A stretch of 64,000 bases of DNA, taken from contig OZ037767.1 of the NCBI GenBank assembly GCA_964035545.1, forward strand, positions 21,034,628 to 21,098,627. Direction: 5' to 3'. Below the pieces are notes generated by a model. It saw only the letters and a program-made list of their open reading frames with translations. It had not been told where the DNA came from and did no database searches. The position numbers and the translations under genes are program-made. This stretch comes from Bugula neritina (Eukaryota > Animalia > Bryozoa). Positions 12,385 to 64,000 of this stretch are shown in pieces. Position 1 is the stretch's first letter. The number at the start of each line of letters is the position of its first letter.

Positions 12385-15300
12385 ATGGCTGCTAGTACTA
12401 CTACAGCCTCTGTAATTAAAATTACTCACTGCAATCTTTGCAAGGAGGTTTTTATGCAGCCGACTAATGGCAAACCTTCCTCAAGATGTAATAAGTGCAG
12501 TAAGTATAAAAATAAGTAGTTGGAAATGCATGAAACCGGTTTTTAAACGCAACCATGTTTGCAACCTTTTACTGTATTACTATAACTTACGTACCACCTT
12601 CAACTCCAGTCAGTGGGCTACTCAAAAAACACAGAAACTAATGCTATTTATGGGTACTTTATACTTACAGTTATAGCTTACTTAAACTGTACTAATAGTT
12701 TTGATATAATAATAATATTGCCTAATATACCAATTAGATGATTGAAGATAAATTTATCTACCTATTTAGCTGTACACTGTTTATTTTTATAATACTGCAT
12801 ACAAAAATTTACAATGAATAAATAAGAGTTTTTATCTTTAAATGATAACTAGTTATAGCAGCATGATATAGATTGTCTGCTTGTAAAATAAATCCGAAAA
12901 CTCGGGCTAAAAAGAATACCGTGAGCCATTTGCTGCTGACCAGCAACAAAATATCATTTCCTGTACCTGTAGGCTTTGCTGTTTATAAAATATTGTTGGT
13001 GTTTTAGTAACGAAAAGAGGCTGTCCCAACTGTCACCATATTATGGCAATACATGCTGCTAAATGCGATCGCTGTGGTTAGTTCATTATATGTCACTAAA
13101 GTTTCTCTTTTTCGAAACAACCAAGTTAATATATCACAATATTATATGTTGAAATTTAAAAAGGCATGTGTAGAAGTGCTTAGCATAAAAAAAATGCAGC
13201 ACTCAAGTTATAAAACTAAAAATATGTGTACACAGGACAATCTATGAGGTCATTAACAATAAAAACCAAACAAGCGGCATTGGCCAAGCAGTTTGAGCAT
13301 GGAGCGCACCGTAAACGAAAACACAGTCTGATAAAGCAGAGAATATGTAACATGGTAAGCAGTTCTAATCACATTAACTTATACGTGGAAATCACTTCAT
13401 TGCTACATCATCCAGCATATGAAACATGTAATGAATCTTATGAAGCCCATTAACTGAAAATTATAGCATTTCAATGGCCAGTTTTGAACTGAGAGAAAGT
13501 ATCAACTATGATAACTATGCAAAACATAAGTCTTTCTATGTTTTATTGCATCTACAATGTTTGCACTAAAACATTTTTACTCGCTTGTTTTTACTCTGCC
13601 CCAGCATTTATTAGAGCCAATTTTATTAGAGTGCTAAATTTAGTTAGTTTGAATTTCTTTTTAATTTACTATTGACACATCATTGGATAAAAAATTCTAA
13701 CATTTTATTTTAGTCGGCATTTGCTCATGGGGCTGGGTTTGGACTGATAACTTTTATGCTAAAGCCAGATGCAAGGGAGCAACTTACAGTGATTACCAGT
13801 GGAGTGTCCAGTGAACATACAAAGGAGTCTATTGAAGCGATGAAAGATCTGCTATTAGGTTCAAGTAGGATTCTACACCATCTTATGTAATGCACTGTAA
13901 TACTGTTTAGTAAAACACAGAATAGCATCTATATCAATATATTATCACAGTTTAATAACTAATATGCGCAGGTTTTGTTGTTAATATTTGAATACATAAA
14001 ACCAAGAGCTCCTATTTCTCATGATGTGATATCAGAGTTCTGTCCTCTTAACTGCTGCAAATTATTTGTTTAAATAAATACTAGAACATTCATTTTTAGC
14101 AACAAAGCAAGCTTTAATGAGGTTTGTGCGCACTATGTTGTGTATTCAATAGCAGTAATATAAGTTCAACTTTTTTTGAATTTTTATAAAATTGATATTT
14201 GGTGCATCCAGTGCTATATTAATGTGCTAAGAGAGACTGCTGTTTTTTATTGGCATCGCCTTCAATGATACTAAATCCAATGCAAATCTTCCGCCAAAGA
14301 CAAAACATAATGGGTAATGCTGCAAGTGACATATACTGTACCCTGTGGGACCCTATCAAAGAGCATATGATCGTCATGTAATATCATAGATATGGGAAGA
14401 GTTGTTGTGTTTGCTCTCCCTTTTTTCTTTTAGAAATGTTTGATGTTAATTGAATGCCTTTTTTCATTTGTTTCAGTGGATCAAATTTACAACCTCAATG
14501 AGAAGACTTCTATGAAAAGTTATAAGAAAGCAGCACCAACTACCAGTGCTGCTGATTCTACTGCTACTACTGATTTTACTGCTACTACTGATTCTACTAC
14601 CATTACTACTGATTCTACTACTGCTGCTACTGATTCTAATACTAATTCTACTACCATTACTGCTGATTCTACTACCATTACTACTGATTCTAATACTGAT
14701 TCTACTACTGATTTTACTACTACTGCCACTACTGCTAGTGTTACTACTACTACTGCTACTACTACTATTAATACTACTACTGCTGCTGATACTACTACTA
14801 CTGCTTCTACTCGTACTACTCTAACCAGGAACAGTAGTAAAACTCCTACTTCCACTAGTACTGCTGCAAGTACTACTAATACTGCTACTACTACTACTAC
14901 TACTAATAATAATGCTCCCACTATACTGCTACTATTTAATACTAATACTCCTTCTATTGAAAAGACAACTCCTGTGAATACATATTTAGTTCCTTTAATT
15001 AAACAACCCACTGAAAGACGTTCAGTTACACTGAGATCTTCTACAGCTCCAACCACGGCCCCAACCACGGCCTCAACTAACAGCCACATTGCTTGCAAGA
15101 CGAGTTCTACTCACATTGGATCTACCAATACCACAACATTGACCAACACTTCAACCACTGCTTCTTGTGCTTCAATTACATCACAGCCCCCAACTTCAAG
15201 AAATCGCCTTTTAGCAACAAACAGTAAGGTTTAAATAAGTATTTACTATGTTTTGGCTAGCTGAGTTAACTCTGCTGCCAGTTGTAAATCAGTCAGACAA

Positions 15301-16275
15301 TAACCCAATGACACACTGCATGTATATTTTCAGACTAACATCATTCATTATAGTAGCAGGTATGCGCTATGACTGTACTATGATAAATACACCAGACGAA
15401 TATTGGGGTGTCTCACTGTAATGGCTCTAGGGGAGGAGAAAGATATATCAAATAATTTCAAGTAGTTTTAAAAACCTCAAAGAAAAACTAAAAATGCTGG
15501 CGTTGAGCAGTTCAGGCACTGTTGTGGGTGATAACTATGCGTTGTGAGTTACTGTTCAATTGCAAAAAGAGTTGGATTGTGTCAAACACTTTAACGTTGC
15601 CATAGTTGCCACTTTATAGTATTATGTTGCTTTGCCTTCAGGTAGCAAAAGAAAGCTGTGGGCTATAGAGAAGATTTGTAAAATCAGAGGATCTCGAGCA
15701 CTCGTGAAATGGAAAGGCTACAAGTGAGTTCTGGAATGGTGAAGCAATTCATTGATTCATCAAGTGACTTCTTTTCTAGAAAAAAAACTATTTTAGCATA
15801 ATGTGTATAAATGCATCATTTAAGGTTTATACACTGGTTTTAGTAATCAGTCTTTGGATTAATGTAGACCACTATCTAAAAAGCTGTTTGCTGTCCACTG
15901 TATGTACTGCAAGTGTTACAAATGTAACGATGTGGTCCTGTTTTCAGGACTCCAACGTGGGAACCAGTGAAAAATGTGAAGCACACAGTTTTCTACCAGC
16001 AGTTGATGGTAAGAGCCCAGTTCAGCTTTTGAAATTACTCAACAATCAAGTAATAAAATGTTATAGAATATAATTGAACCTAAATTTCTTTTTATAACTT
16101 TCATAAAATACAAATGATAAATCAATAATGTTTTATGTTAGTTATTTGAATAGAATATTGCAAAGGCTGAAATTGAGTCTCACTTTTTGATTTAATGCAA
16201 TCAAACCATATGACCTCATATTTTATTGTGTTTTAGGATGAGGATGGCGGTCCCGAACATCCCTCAACAACTTGA
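12385..16275 (+). CDS. Predicted ~458-aa protein: two Cys4 zinc ribbons + Thr-rich linker + C-terminal chromodomain (8 exons)
   Basis: Exons 12385-12499, 13008-13076, 13236-13354, 13714-13858, 14477-15223, 15642-15723, 15948-16008, 16237-16275. All are GT-AG with matching phases (1,1,0,1,1,2,0) and no internal stop. N-terminus has CNLC-x15-CNKC and CPNC-x10-CDRC. C-terminus KLWAIEKICKIRGSRALVKWKGYKTPTWEPVKNV matches the chromodomain consensus. AATAAA at ~16313. Confidence 0.75.
14538..14912 (+). repeat. (ACT)n-derived coding repeat encoding the poly-Thr/TDST linker
   Basis: Trinucleotide/18-21-nt periodicity inside exon 14477-15223. Confidence 0.85.
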
Positions 16276-16864
16276 CAGATTTTGATTGTATATAGAATAT
16301 TCTTAGTTTTGTAAATAAAATATAAATGTGGACATCCTTTCCAACAGTCTTTTGATGTTATTATAAACGTAAATATGCTATACTTGCATTGCTATTTGCT
16401 AAAATATTATGTCATGCACATTATACTACCGTTGTACTGAGCACTAGCACTTGGCCCAACATAGTTCAATTTCAAATTACTAATAAGCTAACCAACTGTA
16501 TATAAAAGCAAGCAAATTAACTTTGGTATAATATAGTACACTCACGAGTGTTTATTAGCATTGATGCACACAGCTCTTTGAACGTTATGTGACACACTAA
16601 ATGGTATGAGAAATTTTTTTGTTTTCATTACCTTAATAAAGTGAACTGACACTTCGGCACGACTGTGTCCATCTTTAGAAAAACATTGAATGATCTAAAA
16701 CTCAAAAGCTACGAAGTTAGGGTAAATTATGAATGAAGAAAAGTATAAAGGGTGGAAATCATTCTAAATTAATTAAACTATAAGAGAGATAATCTCATTT
16801 TTATATTACATGAGTAAAAAAATTATACTGCTTTTCTGCATAATAATGAATGAGTTAAAAACAA

Positions 16865-16920
16865 ATATATACATATATATATATATATACATACAAATGT
16901 ATTATATATTATCATATATG

Positions 16921-16951
<31 letters not shown>

Positions 16952-16960
16952 TAATACATA
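16865..16960. repeat. (TA)n microsatellite
   Basis: Directly visible. Confidence 0.9.
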
Positions 16961-19818
16961 TGTCAAAACCACAGCGGTAAAAGGTGACTAAAGATGACCA
17001 TATGTCTATAATGACTCTCTATATGTGAATTGCTAATATCACAAATAAGTTTAATATAGGCTAATAACCTCCTATAGGAAATGCTTCAACAAAATTTAAG
17101 TGCAGTCAATAGTAAATAAATTGGTTGATAACAATATTCACATAAGTAATCACGTAATACTCAACTCCAGTATATTATTTTCATCAATAAACATGAGCGA
17201 GTAATTTCCCATTAGACAGTTGACACGGTCATGATATACTATGACTGCGTATAGCTAATTATAATATTAAACTGTAAATTTATCTGCAGTTTTCAGCCAT
17301 TAGTCTGGTGTTTGCTCATTCGATTGCTCAACTCTTCCTTAGCCAGCTAGACCACAAAGTGTTGTGCATCAAAGGACTGCAGAAGGTCTGTAAGACATCG
17401 TGACGATATGTTCCTAGAATTATAGCTACCTACACTGAAACTTGCTTCCACCGATATGAAACCGCAGTTCAAACATGATCTTTACTAACTCTAATCATGC
17501 AAGTTTGCAGTTTAGTCATGTAACTATAAGTTAGCATCTTTGATTAATAAAAGAACATGCATATGGTAAAGGATAAGTGCAGTAAAATCGATTGATGTGA
17601 TGCATTTATATAAGATAACCCGTCTTCGTAATCAACTACCTCTAATAGTTTTGACTTCTTTCACTGCTTTACAAGAGCTACTACTCACTTATTATTCCTT
17701 CTGTACAAGTGGCTATGGCAGATATATTGATTATTTCCCTTCCAATTATTCAGCAGCAGTTCAATTGTTTGGGGAATCCCCACTTTGGTAATTCATATGC
17801 TGAGAATGGCCTCGCACGATTGGCTAGTCATCCCCTTAGCTAAGGGTGTATTAACTACCCACTCGTGCAAGCTACACTCTCAGAATCCGCACTAAATTAC
17901 TGCTGGTACGTACCATAGAACTATATAATCAGTTTGCTTGTAGTAGTCTGTACACAAAGTTATATTATGCATTCAATTCAAGCAATTTAAGCTAATGGTG
18001 GCTTCCCAATATCTTTCTTCTGTCTTTTGGAGAAGGTAAGGTCTATATGCAGCAGTGAATAGAGTAGTGTTTTTGTCGTTACTGCCTTTTTTCTGTTTGC
18101 AGAATATGATTTATAGATTGTTTGTTACCTTATGTGTGAAGACTGTAAACAGAGCAAAATGATGCACCAAGTTACCCTTAATATTATATTTATTTATTAT
18201 AACAGAAAATATGTTGATAGTAGGTTTAAACTTTTCTTCGTTACGCAGACCTTTTATCACTGTTTTTACAATAGAATATTATAGTCTAGTAGCATTAAAG
18301 ATAGGAGTTCACACGGTTAAAAGGGTTGGTGCTGCAAGGGTTCCAGCCCACTGTACAATGTTTCTATCACAGATTTCAATGAAAATGAGTCTAATTGTTG
18401 CCATCTAACACAAGGAGTTAAATGCTTATAGTTTAATCTTTCTATATCATAAGTAGATTTGGCAAGACAAAAGTTACTCTCACTGTGTTAGCAAATTAGC
18501 ATAACATTTCACCTCACTGTAAAATGCCGAGTTTAATTATACCATTTCTTCTATTATACGTAAAGTCATATCTGCATAGAGTGTTGTAATGTAGATTATA
18601 GAGTACAATCTTGTACTTTCTTCAAATTTTGCAAGTATGTTGCACATGTCTCAGCTCTATAGAGCTACATAGCAGTGCAAATTAAAGAAAGAAGAAATAG
18701 TTATAGGCGAGTACTGTATTTGTCTACACATTGTTGTATAAACTTCGAGGTCACCTTTACTTAATCACGGCACTTAGTCACCTCCAACTCAGTGCCGCTT
18801 AAAGCGATTTTCCAATATTCTTGTTGAGAGTACCTTTAGCTTTTTCTTTTGCATCCATTGACTAAGGGTCAGCAAAAAAACAAATCTAACACACTTTTAT
18901 GCCATAAAAACCACTGTCTTTTATCAACTAACAAAGAGAATTATTTGCTGCTTTCAACTGCACATTTAATCTTGGCTCTAAACTTCCTCTTTCAGTTGAA
19001 TGAACTGCTTTGTTGTAGTCTGAAACAGCTGCTGCTGCTGCTGCTGCTGCTGTTTGAACATAAGTCATTCATGCGTATCAGTTCACAAGATGGTGGGCTA
19101 GATAAAATATGGCCTGCAGCCATGTGATGATATTTATATTTGGCTGGTGGATGTATTAGCCAATCAATTCATTGCTTCTTCTCATCATGGCTTTGCACTT
19201 TATTCCAGTTCTATGTTAAAGGTTTGTCTTTTCTTTTTCTCCCAGTAGGGCAACAAGTGCCACTAGTATGTCCTACCTTTACTAAGCTGTAGCACAGCTT
19301 CTGCTCTACTGTTAGGTAAGTATACTGAAACATCACTCACTGTATTCAACATAGTTGGTCAGAATGCATTTTCTTACATGTACGTGGTTATTCGCCATTG
19401 CTCAAAGCAGTGTTACGTCACACAGTGATGTAGCTATAAGTGACATAGTAACTGGAATGAATTGTTGAGATATAAAGTTGAAATTGATTGCATAGATAGA
19501 CTGTGTAAAGTTGAGTATTGCAATGGATTTCTTTTATAAAATTCATGTGTTGTAGAATTCAAGGGGATTCCCTGGTAACAATGAAAAGCACCTTTATAAT
19601 ATATTGAATACAAGGATCAGTTTATAAATTAACTACTTGTATACAAAAATATTCTGGCTCTATTAAAGCTACTTAGTATATAAGGTGTTAGAATGAGTTT
19701 TTAGTAGTCAAATTAAGGAAGTGGAAAGTGAATGCAACTGCTGAAGTTGTTTCATCAATATTTGGTACATTTATATAATTTTAATGAATTTAGAAAACTA
19801 AAATTGCCAGATAGCGGT

Positions 19819-48524
<28,706 letters not shown>

Positions 48525-49685
48525 AAATCCTTGTTGAGTATAACATGGAGTTAGCCTAATGCTGTAGTTGTAAATTAGCTGATACTCCACAATTTCTCTT
48601 AGTATTTTAGTATCTATTTGACTAGTAGCTACTCATATTTTGCTAGCTAAACTAAACTTTTGATTGGCTGGTATAGAAATAGTAATCATATATTATTGCT
48701 CAGTGAAATAATTAATTTTCTACCTAAATATACATAGTATTATATTATTTATCCATAAAATTTCTAAATAGAAAGATATCTTTTGGGATCATTACTTTAC
48801 TGCAATATTCTAGTGCAAAACGCTCTCATATTTTTTTATTTTAAAATTTGCATAGTTGATATTATGCTAAATACAAAGTTTTTTAGTTCTTATATTATAT
48901 TTGATTCAATCCCGCTACCTGAACAGGACAGGGCAGAGATGGTGAAGTGAGGATTGTATTTGGTTTACTGGCTGCTTGTTTTGCTTATTTTAACCAAGGA
49001 AAGTTTTTCAACGGTTGTTGAGGATGAGGAGAAAACTCCGCATTGAGAAGCAGAAATAGACAATAGCTTGGTTACTGCAAACTGCTTGAATGATACATAT
49101 TTTTGTAATTGATAAGCATTTTATTTTTCATTGATGACAGTGTGTTCGTCAACAGTGGCTGTTGACTGCAATAACACAAAAGTTTACATTTAGCTATGAA
49201 GTTTACAAATTGATCATGATGGAAGGTCGAATTGACCTATCAAGACTGAGCCTTAGCAAAATCATCAGTGCCTAGTCAATATTCCGAAGGCCGTTTGTTC
49301 AAAAGTCTATTGGTCCCAGTGAAGTTATTTATTAAAATCAATCTATTATATTTTTAGAGATGCATACATGGGAATGGGTTAAACAATAAAATGCATAGCA
49401 TGATCGTCAAATTTGGAGATAAAACTGTAAAACATACAATATTGCTATCATATAAATTATATAACTTTCCCTATATTCTGCATTATTATGTAAAAATAAA
49501 TTATATTTATCATTATTTTAAAGAAAAACAATAGCATAAATTAAAAACCATTAAGAGAAATAAAATACAATAATATAGTCATTGAGTGTAAAAGTAAAAT
49601 TAAAAAAAGAACACTTCATTAATAAAAATAATATAAGAATTTTCTAGAGCATTGTATTCAAAATCAAAACAACTGGTTATCAACC

Positions 49686-63776
<14,091 letters not shown>

Positions 63777-64000
63777 CTGCACAAAATAAAAATAAAACAA
63801 TGCACAACTAGAAATTAGCTGGTAATAAACTATCACATTGCATGAATTGCTGAATATTACTTCAGTAGGCAAAACCTTATCTGGCAAATAGAGTGTGTAT
63901 GACAGTAAGCCAATGAAAAATGAAAACCTATCCATCATAATACGAAAACAACAATTTCATTAGAAGTCAATTGTGGAAATATATTAGACAAATGAACAAC

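Noticed and set aside
14520-15098. Val-rich minus-strand ORF and Leu-rich ORF 14546-14824
   Set aside because: Antisense and alternative-frame shadows of the Thr-rich coding exon.
14440-15234. Stand-alone mucin-like ORF
   Set aside because: No signal peptide; bounded by in-phase splice sites linking it to the zinc-ribbon and chromodomain exons.
15334-15545. Possible extra exon(s) in the chromodomain gene
   Set aside because: Splice-like signals exist, but every phase-compatible reading I tried contains a stop or breaks the frame.
10590-16755. Possible TIRs (CCCTTTCATACTTTT / AAAAGTATAAAGGG) around the chromodomain gene
   Set aside because: Only ~14 bp, AT-rich and gapped, with no TSD; insufficient to call a transposon.
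17900-19320. Candidate non-coding 5' exons of ZNFX1 (donors near 18036 and 19316)
   Set aside because: Plausible but cannot be supported without transcript data.

Overview
AT-rich, intron-dense animal (invertebrate-type) genomic DNA. Reading exons by hand, with splice phases checked, gives four host genes. (1) A clan-3/CYP3A-like cytochrome P450 (+, ~380-8208). (2) An 8-exon gene largely invisible in the ORF track (+, 12385-16275), encoding two Cys4 zinc ribbons, a Thr-rich linker and a C-terminal chromodomain. (3) A 31-exon ZNFX1-like RNA helicase (+, 19819-48524, ~1796 aa) that appears to lack the C-terminal RZ finger. (4) The 3' part of DNA polymerase theta (POLQ, - strand, 49686 to beyond the window end). 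A young 7.5-kb Ty3/Gypsy LTR retrotransposon (25278-32773; apparently identical 305-bp LTRs, ATAT target duplication, tRNA-Leu PBS) sits in the ZNFX1 intron that splits the Walker A motif. It carries a GUUAAAC/pseudoknot-like -1 frameshift signal and a third, non-env ORF encoding a C2H2 zinc-finger/coiled-coil protein that seems reachable only by splicing. Many introns are filled with intron-specific minisatellites, several of which copy the splice junction itself. MITEs, a tRNA-derived SINE, an RTE LINE relic and a possible solo LTR are also present. All calls come from manual reading; no database search was run.
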